NCBI RefSeq assembly: GCF_963921235.1
Contig: NC_086108.1
Location: forward strand, 31,746,001-31,810,000
Direction: 5' to 3'
DNA from: Mobula hypostoma
Lineage: Eukaryota
DNA: 64,000 bases
In this document: positions 27,401 through 42,400 of the stretch, in pieces
Layout: each line of letters begins with the position of its first letter
How positions within the stretch are numbered: position 1 is the stretch's first letter
Position numbers and translations under genes: made by a program
The notes under the pieces: generated by a model
The model's database searches: none
What the model was told of the DNA's origin: nothing
What the model saw: only the letters and a program-made list of their open reading frames with translations

Positions 27401-30400
27401 AGAGAAGCTAATGTCAGATATATCAGTGTTACAGTGGAGTAAAGGAAATTAGAGGTACAAGAGAAGTTGGTTAGAATCGATTGGTAAAGAACACTGGCAG
27501 AGATGAAGGCAGAGCATCAATGGCTGGAAGCAATTCAGAAGGCATAGGATGAAGCAGAGAGATAGCAGTTCTAAAGGCAAGATGACACAACCATGGCTAA
27601 CAAGGGAAGTCACAGTTAACAAAAGCCAAAGAGAAAGCATATAATAGAGCAAAAACTAGTAGGAAGTTAAAGGAATGGGAAGCTTTTAAATACCAACAGA
27701 AGGCAACTAAAAAAGTTATTAAGGTAAAGATGGAATATGAAAGTAAGCTAGCCAATAATATTAAAGAGGATACCAAAAGTTTCTTCAGATACTTAAAAGT
27801 GTAAAAGAGACAAGAGTGGTTATTGGACTGCTGGGAAACTATGTTGGAGAGGTAGTAACATTGAAAACACTAAGCAATATGGTGGAAGTTCCAGGTACCA
27901 GGACTCATGAAGTGTGTGAAGTTACTATTACAAGAGAGAAGGTTCTTGGGAAAATGGAAGGTCTGAAGGTAGATTAAGTCACCTAGATCAGATGATGTAC
28001 ACCTCAGAAATCTGAAGGAGGTGGCTGAAGAGATTGTGGACACATTAGTAATGATCTGTCAAGAATCACTAGATCCTGAAATGGTTCCAGAAGACTGGAA
28101 AATTGAAAATGTCACTCCATGCTTCAAGAAGGGGGAAGAGGCAGAAGAAAGAGCATTTTCGGCCAGTTAGTCTGACCTCAGTGGTTGAGAAGTTGTTGGA
28201 GTCAATTGTTAAGGATATGGTTTCAGGATACTTGGAGGCACATGATCAAATTAGCCGCAATCAGCATGGTTACCTTAAGGGAAAATCTTGCCTGACAAAT
28301 TTGTTGGAATTTTTTGAAGAAACGAAATGCAAGATAGATAATGGAGAATCGGTTGATGCTATGTACTTGAATTTTCAGAAGGCATTTGACAAGGTGCCAC
28401 ACGTGAGGCTGCTTAACAACAAGCCCATGGTATTACAGGAAAGATTCTAGTATGGATGAAGCATTGATCGATTGGCAGGAGGCAGAGAGTGGAAACGAAG
28501 GGAGCCTGTTGTGGTTGGCTGCTGATAACGAGTGATGCACTGCAGGGGTCAGTGCTGGGACTCATTCTTTTTATATTATGTCAATAATTTGGATGACTGC
28601 TGCAAAGTTTGCAGACAATATGAAGATAGGTGGAGGGGCAGGTAGTTTTAAGAAAGAGAGGCTACAGAAGGACTCAGTTAGGAGAATGGGCAAAGAAATG
28701 ACAGATGGAATACAGTTTTGGGAGTTGTATGGTCATGTACTTTGGTAGAAGAAATGAAAGGGTTGACCATTTTCCAAATGGACATAAAATACACCAAAAA
28801 ATAGGCGCAAAGGGACTTGGAAGTTCGTGTGCCAGATTCCCCAAGGGTTTACTTGCAGGTTCAGTCTGTGGTGAGGAAGGCAAATGCAATGTTAGCATTC
28901 ATTTCAAGAGGACTAGAATACAGAAGCAAATATGTAATGTTCAGACTTTATTAAGCACTGGTGAGGCCTCATTTGGAATATCCTGAGCAGGTTTCAGCCC
29001 CTTATCTTAGAAAGGATGTACTGAAACTAGAAAGAGTTCAAAGGAGGTTCACAAAATTGATTCCAAGGATTAAATGATGTCATATGAAGAGCGTTTGATG
29101 GTTCTGGGCCTGTATTCAATGCAATTTAGAAGAATAAGGGGTGACCTCATTGAAACCTACCGGATGGTGTAAGGCCTCGATAGAATGGATGTGGAAAGCC
29201 TGTTTCCGATGGTGGGAATGTCCAAGACTGGAGGACACAGCCTCAAAATAAAGGGGTGTCCACTTAGAATGGAAATGAGTAGCAATTTCTTTAGCCAGCG
29301 TGTGGTTTATCTGTGGAATTCATTGCCACAGGCAGCCGTGGGGCCAAGTCCTTATGTACATTTAAGGCAGAGGTTGATAGATTCTCAGCTGGTCAGAGCA
29401 TGAAGGGATCCAGGGGTGGGGGATGGGGGAGGAGAGAAGGGAGATTTAGGGCTGAGAGGAAAAATGGATCAGCCATGATGAAGTGGTTGAGCAGACTCGA
29501 TGAGCCAAATGGGCTAATTCACTCATATCTTACGGGCTTATTGTGTAAAATCTGTATGTTCAGTTAACAGACTTAGATTCCACTATACATACAGCATGTT
29601 TGACTTCACACATACCATCAATAATAATGTGCAAAGCACATTAAGACTGTAGTAACAAGTTTTTAGTAACAAGTACACCTTTGGACTGTGGGAGGAAACA
29701 TGAGCACCCAGAGAAAACCCATGCATTCCTTGGGTTGGACATAAAAACTGCTTACAGAGGACACTGGAATTGAAATCCAAACTCTGACGTCTCCAAGCTT
29801 TAATAACGTCACACTAACTGCTATGCTACTGTGAAGGAGCAAGCTAGAGATCAGGGCTATGGCTGGTGTACAGGGAAGGGACTGAAGAATGAAGGCACTT
29901 TATTCAATTATTTGGCTGACATTCCAGCCTCTCTTAATGCAAGGCCACATCATCCCCAGGAGTACCCAGTGAACTACAAAGCACTGGCAGCAGTCAGGTT
30001 CCCTCAGTGCTCCAAACAAAACATCGAATAAGATTGTCAGTACCTTGTACCTCTTAGGGCACATATCAATTATTCATTATTACATTTTAGCACAGCATAA
30101 GCATAAAAAAAATCATGTAATTAAGTTTTAAGGCTTAGTGTCCACTTAAGTACTCAAAACTTAATGTTTCAAAGCCCAAGCTTACTTGGTCATGTTCATA
30201 TTCCAAACTCATTCATATTATTCAACATGAACTGAATATTCCAGACGGTAACAAACAGACTTGATACAAAGATGACAACTACTTACTCAGGCATTAAAGA
30301 GGTAGGGCTGATGCTAATCACAGGATCAGAAATATTCATTTTTGAGGTTTCATTGTCAGATCTTATACTTTCATTAACTGTAAAATATGAATTAATTCCA

Positions 30401-33400
30401 ATGTTTAAAAAAGGACAGAAATTACGTTTGAATGGATTAAACTAGGCAATGCATATATTTTAAAGTTTGATGAAAGCTGTGCTATTTAACAAGAAACATC
30501 AGCTTGGATCTGTGACAACAGATGCAAGTAAAGAGATCGTGGGTTGAAATCTTATTTCAAGCCTTGAATGTATTATCCAGACAGAGATAGTGGTGAAACC
30601 TGTATTGCTTCCTAAATTACTTACTTAGGCAAATGACAAAAGATCAAAGGTCAAAGATACAGCTTTGGAAAAAAAGTTACCTTATTTGGATCTCTGCTAC
30701 ATAAAAAGATACATTGCCTATAAGCGAATAGCAACTACAAAACAGTTAAATTAATGTGAATCTTTGATAACATGAAGCTATGAAATCACATAGTGGCAAG
30801 TTCTATTTTTAAGACCTTTTATATCCATTGAAGATCATGGTACACTATGATGCTACAGCAATGGCTGAATTTTTCTGCTTTAAGTAATCAGAAAGCCATT
30901 CATATTTGGAAGTGAAAGGATCAGCGCTTGGTCTCTTTATTTTACTCAGCAGGTGATGATTTGGATCATGCACCATACTTTCCTCCTGCCCACAGCCCCA
31001 GTAAAGCTCTCTGTTCCTCAAACCAAAGCAGTATTCAAATGGTGACTCAGCAGATGCAACACCAGGTCCGGCTCCCAGACAACCAGACACTAAATATCAA
31101 ATGTAAAAATAACTCAATGGGTTGTAAATCTCAAACAAAACAAAGATCTGAAGAGCATGAAGCATTTGGAATTTGGACACCTGAAATTCACTGCACAAAT
31201 TCAGACACAAATCCTGAACATAATTAACATGAGCATTTCATAGGCTGCATAGTAAAAGCTAGAGAGGGAGCTCAGATCAGTTTGAATAGCTTTTTCAGCA
31301 GAATTGACACCAATCAGCCAAATAATCTCTTCGTTCCATCCACCTACAATTACAAGAGAAATATTTTGGCAAAGTACACACATGTAATGGGGATCAGAAG
31401 TGGAGAGTGAGCAATTTCAGGTTCCTGGGTGTCAATATCTTAGGACCTAACCTGTCACAACATATTAACACAGCTATAAAGATTGGCAAGACAGCGGTTA
31501 TATTTCATTAGGAGTTTAAGGAGATTTGTTTTGTCATCCAAGACACTCAAAAACCACTACAGATATACTGTGGAGAGCATTCTGACTGGCTGCATCACTC
31601 TGATATGGAAGGGGGGACAACTGCACAAGATCAAAATAAGTAGCAAAGTTGTGAAATGAGTCAGCTCCCTCACAGGCACTAGCCTCTGTAGTATCCAAGA
31701 CATCCTCAACGAGTGGTGCCTCAGGAAGGCGCTGTCCATCATTAAGGAGATACACACACTCACTCACCTGACAGCACACAACACACTCACCAATTCAGGA
31801 ACAGCTTCTTCTCCTGACATCTGATTTCTAAATGGACACTGAAACCATGACCACCATCACACCACTTTTTCCTGTTTCTGCAGTACTTTATTTAATATAT
31901 ATTAACTTACTATAATTCAGTTTTTTTCTATATTCATCATGTATTGCATTGTATCGCTGCCACGAAGTCAACAAATTTCATGACATATGAGGTTGATGTT
32001 AAAACTGATTCAGATGCGAAGTTGTACCAATATTAAAACACTCAACAGAATTACAAAGAATTACTTTGAAATACATGCCATTATAAGAGATCATTAAACT
32101 GCCAATAAAGGAAATACCTTCTGATTCAGTAATGTCCTCTCCTCCCTTCTTGGCCCCAAGCATATTGGCAGCGATGTTTACCATGTTCAGAATAGCATCT
32201 ATAAAGAAACAATAATGGCAAAGAGGCTTCTTTGTGAGAGGTTTGTTCGACAAGTCTTTAACGTTTGAATCAAAGATCAAACTTTGCCTAACAAATTGAA
32301 AAATCGTGTTACACAAAAGAATGCAAATTATTTTAAATGGATATTTCTTCCCCAACCTATTTGAAAGCAATAAACTCAATAATATTTAAGCCTAGTAAAC
32401 CAGCTTCAAAAATTTTAGATCAAGTTTGTAAGTAAAATCCTACACCTCAAAGTAAACTATTAGGACAATTTGAAAGGATTACATAAGCCCCTAATAAAAT
32501 GCACCAAAAATGTCACATCTGATTCCAATATCAAGTATTTTTCAATTCACTTGCAACCAAAACATAATTTTATTACATTGTAAAGCAGTTTTGAACTAGT
32601 TGTTAGGTGCAAACTAACGTTTGCAGAAATATTTATGCTAATCAGTGTAGACAAGTAAAAGCTCCAACTCAAAAGCCAATAATCTGCAGTAAGAACATGC
32701 CTTCTGGCCTGCCTCTCCAATACAACTGCAAATTACACTGATTGTCATTTTGTACCCCAGCAAATATAACTCAGACAGTTAAGAAATTACCTAGAAAGAA
32801 CATTAGATGCATACAGTATACTTAAAATTCAAGTAAATTCTAAAAACAGAAATAAGATGTCTAAGAAAGTCATAGGAAAATTTACTATGTTGGCTAATAT
32901 CCCTTTGTGTACACGTCAGATGGGGAAGTGTTACCCACCCGAATCTCACATTTAAGGGAGAAGTTTGTAGACTAGCAGTTACAGCCCTTCAAATGTATAC
33001 CCAACTATAAAGCTCTTTCAGGTAACGAGTTCCAGACTATTCTTTCTCCTCATGCTCCCTCCAAGCTTTCTTCCAATTACTTTAACCCATGCCTGCTGGT
33101 TGTTGACCCTTTTGAACAAGGGAAACAAACAGTGATCACATTAAGTACAAATCCTTTCCATTTACTTTATCTCAGCTCCTCTTAATTTTATATACAATAA
33201 AGTCTTTCCTCTAATTCTTCCGTTCAAGATAATTCAGCATCATGAAAAAAAAATCTTCATAACATTTGCCAATCTCAGCAATATTCTTCTCAATCAATTT
33301 TGTTTCCTGGAACATGGCAACCAAGATCACATGTAGTCAGCAATGGTCAAACCATGCTGTATATAGTTCAAACAGAACTGCCCTATTCCCTAACATTCCC

Positions 33401-36400
33401 TCCTTTAGAATGAAGATTGTTTCCATCCATTTCCAAGTGGATTCTGTAGATGACTGAGACCACCAACTTTGGCAGCCTGTCACAGATGGGGGAAGAAAGT
33501 GCTTGACCAGACTTCTGTGTCCTCCCATCAAATAGACAAGCTTTTCAATGCCTTCATGAACACTGAATTTTGACAGCCATAGCCCAGGAATATGCACAAA
33601 ACGATAGGGTTTTTATACTTGTTCCTAATCCAAGAGAACCTGCTCAAAGATTACCCTGCTCGTCTGGTAATCTCTTGCCATGAAGAAGCTTGGACTACAG
33701 TGTCTATTTAATCATCTAGGTATCAGACATGCAAGTCAAAGAGCATACCCACTTTAGCCAAGTAACAGCAATTAAGAGTCTCAATGCCTGGGATGCTGGC
33801 TTGAGAAAGTGACAGATTTGTTTATCCTGCTCATGGACTTGGTGAATTTCACTGGGTGACTGAGATGACATATTGGGTCCATATCTCAGAAGAGTAGGGA
33901 TCAATAACACAAAGTAGACCATAAATTGATATTACTCAGTCAGGGTATGGAAACAAGCCCTTTGGCTCAGAGTCTACATTAACAATTACTACATTAATAT
34001 CATTTTGTTCTCCTCACCACAGCCTCAACCCCCCTCCCCACCCCGATTTTCTGTCCAAATTTAGACTACATCTTCCAGTCTTATGCAGGATTTCCACCAG
34101 AAACAACAATTTCATTCCCTCCTGCTACTTCTCTTGTTTTACAAAATAAATTGCCATAAATTAGCAAATTAACAAGGAACCTGTTAAACTCAAAATGCCT
34201 AGGGATAAAGAAAAGTGCTCAAGTGTTAACAGAATCAGTACACAAAATTAAATATGTACTATGCAAGTACACACACAGCTCACCTTTGAAAACAAGTTTT
34301 TTGAAAAATATTCCCATTATTCCTTCACATCACCAAGATTTTTTATATATACAAGCATTTAGCAGCTAACTTTTGTTAAAGAAAGGGGCAGGTATGAAAC
34401 TATATGCAGCATGACATTCCACTTGAAATTAAATTTTTGTATTCAAAAACAAGACAGTGTTACTTGTGCTTGGCAAATCCTGCGAACTCCAATGAATATA
34501 CTAGCTCTCAATAAATAGCAAAAACATTTTTAACCTTCTCTCAGGATGCAAGAAAATCTCTATGAATTTAGCATTTGCAATTTTACTGCCTTTGGCAAGT
34601 TCACTGTACCACGGCACTGGCACATTGTGATGCACTTCGACAGAAAGTGGGCCAGACTATATTTTTATTATCAGCATAGCTGTTACCAGTCAGCTTTCGT
34701 GGTGATTTAAATAAAACAATTAAAATGTAGTTGTAGATAAAATAGCAATAACCAAGAGAACTTGTTCAGAAATCAATTCTATGTAGACTACAATTAAACC
34801 AGTAATAAAGCAACGGGGAAACAGAAATGCATTGATCAGATTACATAACTGTTAAAAAGCGAGGTGTGCAATGCTGTTAAGCAACAGAAAGCTTCATTTT
34901 GAGAAATCAACAGTGAAAAGCTACAGTAATAGGGAGCATGCCAGAACTAGATAAACCCAAAGTGAACAAATAATCTGACAAAAGCTGGAAAAGAACTACA
35001 TGCATACTAAAGAGTGTAAGCTGCATGAGACAGGCCAAGAATGTCATAGAAAATAATTCAAGCAGCAGGCCATCTGGCCCTTGGAGCTGGCTCCACTTTT
35101 CAGCAACATTATGGCTGATGTACTAAAGCATTACTGTAAGTTTTTTCAAAAAAAATTAAGACATCTAACCACATACTTTCCAACTTATTACTTTCCTCTC
35201 CCCAGGATCCTACACATTCTTCATCTGCCAGATTAACAGAAATCAAGCTGTTACCTTGCCCCAATTTAGAGCATACAAATGTTTTGCGTGACAAGGAACA
35301 TTATAGAAAGAGTTTGATGTTATACCCCTACCAAATCCTCCCTAGTTTTTATATTTCCAACGAGAGACATGGAACAATTTGTCAGAAGCTAGAACTAGTG
35401 CCATTCAAGCTCTTTCTTTGACTCTCTTTAACATTCAATGACACAGGTAATGAAATATGCCAAATCTCTATTTTTAAATATTGTTCTTGGCATTGTCTGG
35501 GACCCCTAGAGCAAAGTCTGCTGAATGTGAATAGCTCCAAATACTGATCTGCAAAACTAAAAATTCAAAAAGTTACGGGCTTCAGTCTGATGAAACTAAT
35601 CAATATAACTTAATAGTTTTAAACTAAGAAGTGAATAATACACCTCATCCTTGACAAGATTCCAGTTTTGAAATTCCCGGCTGTATTCAGCATGAAGGAT
35701 AGTGACATGATCATCCTTTGAATGCTTCAAGTCACTGAGATTCTAATCACAGCCTGCATTTTTTAAATTTTTGAGGTTTAATGTCATCTTAGAACCAATT
35801 ACATATACTGGACATCCCAATTACATATACTGGACAAAGATACTTGCAAAACATTTTAAATTTTTTGTGTTCAAACACATGGGAACTCCAGAACCTGCAG
35901 ATTCCCTGCAAATTACCAACCATTCTGACCTATCACCAGTCTTTCATTACCAGAAGGTTTAAGGTGACAGCTATGGGGCAATTAGACACAGGGCAATTAA
36001 TGTTAGCCATACACATACCAAAAAATTTTTTATCAACAAGCTGGACAGACTGAATCAACTCCCTCTCATTAACAAAAACGCAAGTATTTTTAAGAGTCAA
36101 TTGAAAATTACAAATGCCATTTGGTAATTTGGATATTGTTATTTGTTACAGATTTGGACAATATTATAATGTGTTACATCTATCTAAAATCAGCTCGGGA
36201 CACTCAACTTCTAATAGTAAGTTCTGCAAACAGGTTATAAGATTAAGCAAGGTGATTAAGAAAATTGAAAGAGGGACCAAAATAAACAAAAAAGCATGAT
36301 TAATGAGGGATCAGAGTTGGGTCGTGTATGAAGAAAAGCAGAGAAAAGGCATTAAGTACTGGCTATGGATCCACAGTCACAAATTTTGAAATCTGTCTGT

Positions 36401-39400
36401 AGTTCAAAATGGGGAATTAAAAATGTATTAAAAACTCACTCGTGGCTGAACCCAGTAGATTTTTCGATGATTTTTCTTCTCGAGTACCATAATCCAATGG
36501 ATAATCTGTTTAATAGCAATGACATACAAACATTTTCACAACAGCTACATGCAAACATTAGATAGCAAGGTGTGCATCAATTGCTAGCTGAAGAAAGCAA
36601 CTATCAAAATTGCTGATCATTACCACACTGTAGAAATAACACATGTACAAAGCCATTCAGGTCCTTTCAAGAAAGATGCTTATAACAATTTTGCTTTTTA
36701 CAAGCTCAAACTCTACACAATCTCTGGAAAACAGTGCAATCACACTCTGCCAAAAACCAAGCACAAACAAGAAATAAAAGTAAGCTGCATTTTTAAACAT
36801 CAGAATCAAGTTAAAGCGACTTTATTAAAATTTAACAAAGGTCACTTCAGATTTCACTAATCATTAGGTAATGCACACTGAAAAACATTAACAGCTTCTT
36901 ACAACTTCCCAACTGTGCAACCTCAAAATAATGGGCACAAAGAATTTTGGTGTCAAAGTATGTAATCTATTGTTGAAGATTATATTATAGGAGTAACAAC
37001 CTCAAAAGCTAGATCCAATCACACAACATACTTATGCAGCTTTTACTCAATGTTCATAATCCTCTACTGACTTCTGAGAGGCAAGCCCCCTACCGAATGG
37101 TGATTTGGTGGGAAAAGTGCTGGTATTAAAGAGAAGGGAAAAAAAGATTCAAACTTATAACTAAAAACTCAACCATGTACTGCATTTTGTATTTAAAAAG
37201 ACAAGAGATGTGCAGATTCAAGAAAAAGTTTGCAGACTCTTTGCAATTACCTGGTTTTCTGCATTAATTACTCAGAAAATGTGGTCTGATTTTCATCTAA
37301 GTCACAATAATAGCCAAACATAATCTACCTGAACAAATAACACATGAACAATTGTACTTTTCATGTCTTTATTGAAGAGAGTCAGAATCAGGTTTATTAT
37401 CACCGGCATGTGACGTGAAATTTGATAACTTAGAAGCAGTTCAATGCAATACATAATCTAGCAGAGAAAAAACTAACAAAATAAAAATAAACAAGTAAAT
37501 AATTACATATATTGAATAGATAAAACACGCAAAAACAGAAATACTGTATATTAAAAAAAAAGTGAGGTACTGTCCAAAGATTCAATGTCCATTTAGGAAT
37601 TGGATGGCAGAGGGTAAGAAGCAGTTCCCGAATTGCTGAGTGCATGCCTTCAAGCTTCTGTACCTCCTACCTGATGGTAACAGTGAGAAAAGGGCATGCC
37701 CTGGGTGCTGGAGGTCCTTAATAATGGGCACTGCCATTCTGAGACACTGTTCCCTAAAGATGTCCTGGGTACCTTGTAGGCTAGTACCCAAGATGAAGTT
37801 GACTAGATTTACAAACCTTCAGCAGATTCTTTAGGTCCTGTGCAGTAGCTGCTCCATACCAGACAGTGATGAAGCCTGTCAGAATGCTCTCCATGACACA
37901 ACTATGTGTGCAAGAAATGTGTCCAGCTGCAGCTTCTGGCAGACTGCACTGAGCAGCTGAAGCATCCGCGATGTTGAGAAAGTCGTGAATAGCACATTCA
38001 GTGAGTTGGCCACACTGCAGGTAAAGGCTACACAGGCAGAAAGGGAATGGGTGGCCACTACACAGCATAGCAGTAGGTAGGTAGTGCAGGAGTCCCCCGA
38101 GGTCATCTCCCTCCTAAATAGATATACTGTTTTGGATACTGTTGGGGGAGATGTTTCATCAGGGGAAGGCAGCAGCAGCCGAGTTCACGGCACTATGGGT
38201 GGCTCTGCGGCACAGGAAGGAAGGAAAAGGAGTGGCAGAGCTATAGTGATAGGGGATTCGATTGTAAGGGGAATAAATAGGCATTTCTGCAGCCGCAAAC
38301 GAGACTCCAGGAGAGTATGTTGCCTCCCTGGTGCAAGGGTCAAGGATGTCTCTGAGCGGCTGCAGGACATTCTGGAGTGGGAGGGTGAACAGCCAGTGGT
38401 CGTGGTGCACATAGGTACCAACGATATAGAAAAAAAAAAACAGTATGAAGTCCTACAAGATTAATTTAGGGAGTTAGGAGATAAACTAAAAAGTAGGACC
38501 ACAAAGGTAATAATCTCTGGATTACAACCAGTGCTACGTACTAGTTAGAGTAGAAATAGGAGGATATATCAGATGAATACGTGGCTTGAGAAATGGTGCA
38601 AGGGGGAGGGATTCAAATTTCTGGGGCATTAGAACCAGTTCTGGAGGAGGTGGGACCGGTACAAACAGGATGGTCTACACCTGGGCTGGACTGGAACCAA
38701 TGTCCCAGGGGGATGTTGCTACTGTTGTTCAGGAGGATTTAAACTAATGTGGCAGGGGGATGGGAACCAGTGCAGAGAGACAGAGGGGTGTAAAATGAGG
38801 GTAGAAGCAAAAAGTAGTGAGGTGAAAGTAAAAGTGGCAGGCCGGCAAATCCCGGGCAAAAATCAAAAAGGGCCACTTTTCAACATAATTGTATAAGGGC
38901 TAAGAGTGTTGTAAAAGCAAGCCTGAAGGCTTTGTGTGTCAATGCAAGGAGCATTCGTAACAAGGTGGATGAATTAAAATTGCAGATTGTTATTAATGAA
39001 TATGATATAGTTGGGATCACAGAGACACGGCTCCAGGGTGGCCAAGGATGGGAGCTCAACATTCAGGGATATTCAATATTCAGGAGGGATAGACATGAAA
39101 GAAAAGGAGGTGGGGTAGCATTGCTGGTTAGAGAGGAGATTAACGCAATAGAAAGGAAGGACATTAGCCGGGAGGATGTGGAATCAATATGGATAGAGCT
39201 GCATAACACTAAGGGGCAGAAAACGCTGGTGGAAGTTGTGTACAGGCCACCTAACAGTGGTAGTGAGGTTGGGGATGGCATTAAACAGGAAATTAGAAAT
39301 GCGTGCAATAAAGGAACAGCAGTTATAATGGGTGATTTCAATCTACATATAGATTGGGTGAACCAAATTGGTAAGGGTGCTGAGGAAAAGGATTTCTTGG

Positions 39401-42400
39401 AATGTATGCGGGATGGTTTTCTGAACCAACATGTCGAGGAACCAACTAGAGCAGGCCATTCTAGACTGGGTATTGAGCAATGAGGAAGGGTTAATTAGCA
39501 ATCTTGTCGTGAGAGACCCCTTGGGTAAGAGCGACCATAATATGGTGGAATTCATCATTAAGATGGAGAGTGACATAGTTAATTCAGAAACAAAGGTTCT
39601 GAACTTAAAGAAGGGTAACTTTGAAGGTATGAGACGTGAATTAGCTAAGAGACTGGCAAATGATACTTAAAGGGTTGACAGTGGATATGCAATGGCAAGC
39701 ATTTAAAGATCGCATGGATGAACTGTAACAATTGTTCATCCCAGTTTGGCAAAAGAATAAACCAGGGAGGGTAGTGCACCCGTGGCTGACAAGGGAAATT
39801 AGGGATAATATCAATTCCAAAGAAGAAACATACAAATTAGCCAGAAAAAGCGGCTCACCTGAGGACTGGGAGAAATTCAGTCGTGCAGAGGAGGACAAAG
39901 GGCTTAATTAGGAAAGGGAAAAAAGATTATGAGAGAAAGCTGGCAGGGAACATAAAAACTGACTGTAAAAGCTTTTATAGATATGTGAAAAGAAAAAGAT
40001 TGGTTAAGGCAAATGTAGGTCCCTTACAGTCAGAAACAGGTGAATTGTTCATGGGGAACAAGGACATGGCAGACCAATTGAATAACTACTTTGGTTCTGT
40101 CTTCACTGAGGAGGACATAAATAATCTTCCGGAAATAGTAGGGGACAGAGGGTCCAGTGAGATGGAGGAACTGAGGGAAACACATTAGTAGGGAAGTGGT
40201 GTTAGGTAAATTGAAGGATTAAAGGCAGATAAATCCCCAGGGCCAGATGGTCTGCATCCCAGAGTGCTTAAGGAAGTAGCCCAAGGAATAGTGGATGCAT
40301 TGGTGATAATTTTTCAAAACTCTTTAGATTCTGGACTAGTTCCTGAGGATTGGAGGGTGGCTAATGTAACCCCGCTTTTTGAAAAAGGAGGGAGAGAGAA
40401 ACCGGGGAATTATAGACCAGTTAGCCTAACATCGGTGGTGGGGAAAATGCTAGAGTCAGTTATCAAAGGTGTGATAACTGCACATTTGGAAAGCAGTGAA
40501 ATCATCGGACAAAGTCAGCATGGATTTGTGAAAGGAAAATCATGTATGACGAATCTCAGAATTTTTTGAGGATGTAACGAGTAGAGTGGATAGGGGAGAA
40601 CCAGTGGATGTGGTATACTTGGATTTTCAAAAGGTTTTTGACAAGGTCCCACACAGGAAATTAGTGTGCAAACTTAAAGCACACAGTATTGGGGGTATGG
40701 TATTGATGTGGATAGAGAATTGGTTGGCAGACAGGAAACAAAGAGTGGGAATAAACGGGACCTTTTCAGAATGGCAGGCAGTGACTAGTGGGGCACCGCT
40801 AGATGAGGGAATTAAATGCAGCATCCCCAAGTTTGCGGATGACACGAAGCTGGGCAGCAGTGTTAGCTGTGAGGAGGATGCAGGGTGACTTGGATAGGTT
40901 AGGTGAGTGAGCAAATTCATGGCAGATGCAATTTAATGTGAGGTTATCCACTTTGGTGGCAAGAACAGGAAAACAGATTATCTGAATGGTGGCCGATTAG
41001 GAAAAGGGGAGGTGCAACGAGACCTGGGTGTCATTATACACCAGTCATTGAAAGTGGGCATGCAGGTACAGCAGGCGGTGAAAAAGGCGAATGGTATGCT
41101 GGCATTCATAGCAAGAGGATTCAAGTACAGAAGCAGGGAGGTACTACTGCAGTTGTACAAGGCCTTGGTGAGACCACACCTGGAGTATTGTGTGCAGTTT
41201 TGGTCCCCTAATCTGAGGAAAGACATTCTTTCCTCTATAAAGAAGGTTCACCAGATTGATTCCTGGGATGGCAGGACTTTGACATGATGAAAGACTGGAT
41301 CGACTAGGCTTATACTCGCTGGAATTTAGAAGACTGAGGGGGGATCTTATTGAAACGTATAAAATCCTAAAAGGATTGGACAGGCTAGATGCAGGAAGAT
41401 CGCTTCTGATGTTGGGGAAGTCCAGAACGAGGGGTCACAGTTTAAGGATAAAGGGGAAGCCTTTTAAGACTGAAATGAGGGAAAACAACTTCACACAGAG
41501 TGGTGATTCTGTGGAATTCTCTGTCACAGGAAACAGTTGAGGCCTGTTCATTGGCTATATTTAGGAGGGAGTTAGATATGGCCCTTGTGGCTAAAGGGAT
41601 CGGAGGTATGGAGAGAACGCAGATACAGGGTTCTGAGTTGGATGATCAGCTATGATGATACTGAATGGCGGTGCAGGCTCAAAGGGCCGAATGGCCTACT
41701 CCTGCACCTATTTTCTATGTTTCTAACTATAGAAGTTTTTGAGTGTATTTGTTGACATGCCAAATCTCTTCATGCTCCTAAAAAAGTATAGCCACTGTCT
41801 TTTCTTCTTTATGACTACATCGATATGTTGGGACCAGGTTAGATCCTCAGATCTTGACACCCAGGAACTTGAAGCTGCTCACTCTCTCCAGTTCTGATCC
41901 CTCTAAGAGGATTGGTATGTGTTCCTTCGTTTTACCCTTCCTGAAGTCCACAATCAGCTCTTTCGTCTTACTGACGTTGAGTGCCAGGTTGTTGCTGTGG
42001 CACTAGTCCACTAGTTGGCATATCTCACTCCTGTACACCCTCTCGTCACCACCTAAGATTCTACCAACAATGGTTGTATCATCAGCAAATTTATAGATGT
42101 TATTTGAGCTATGCCTAGCTTCACAGTCATGTGTATACAGAGAATAGAGCAGTGGGCTAAGCACACACACCCAAGGTGCGCCAGTGTTGATCGTCAGCGA
42201 GAAAAATACGTTATCATCAATCTGCACAGATTGCACTCTTCCGGTTAGAAAGTTGAGGATCCAATTGGAAAGGGAGATACAGAGGCCCAGATTCTGCAAC
42301 TTCGCAATCAGGATTGTAGGAATGATAGTATTAAATGCTGAGCTATAATCAATGAACAGCATCCTGATGTAGGTGTTTGTGTTGTTTAAGTGGTCTAAAG

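Noticed and set aside
38084..41287. CR1 ORFs as an active or domesticated RT gene
   Set aside because: Broken by multiple frameshifts, stops and an internal RT deletion.
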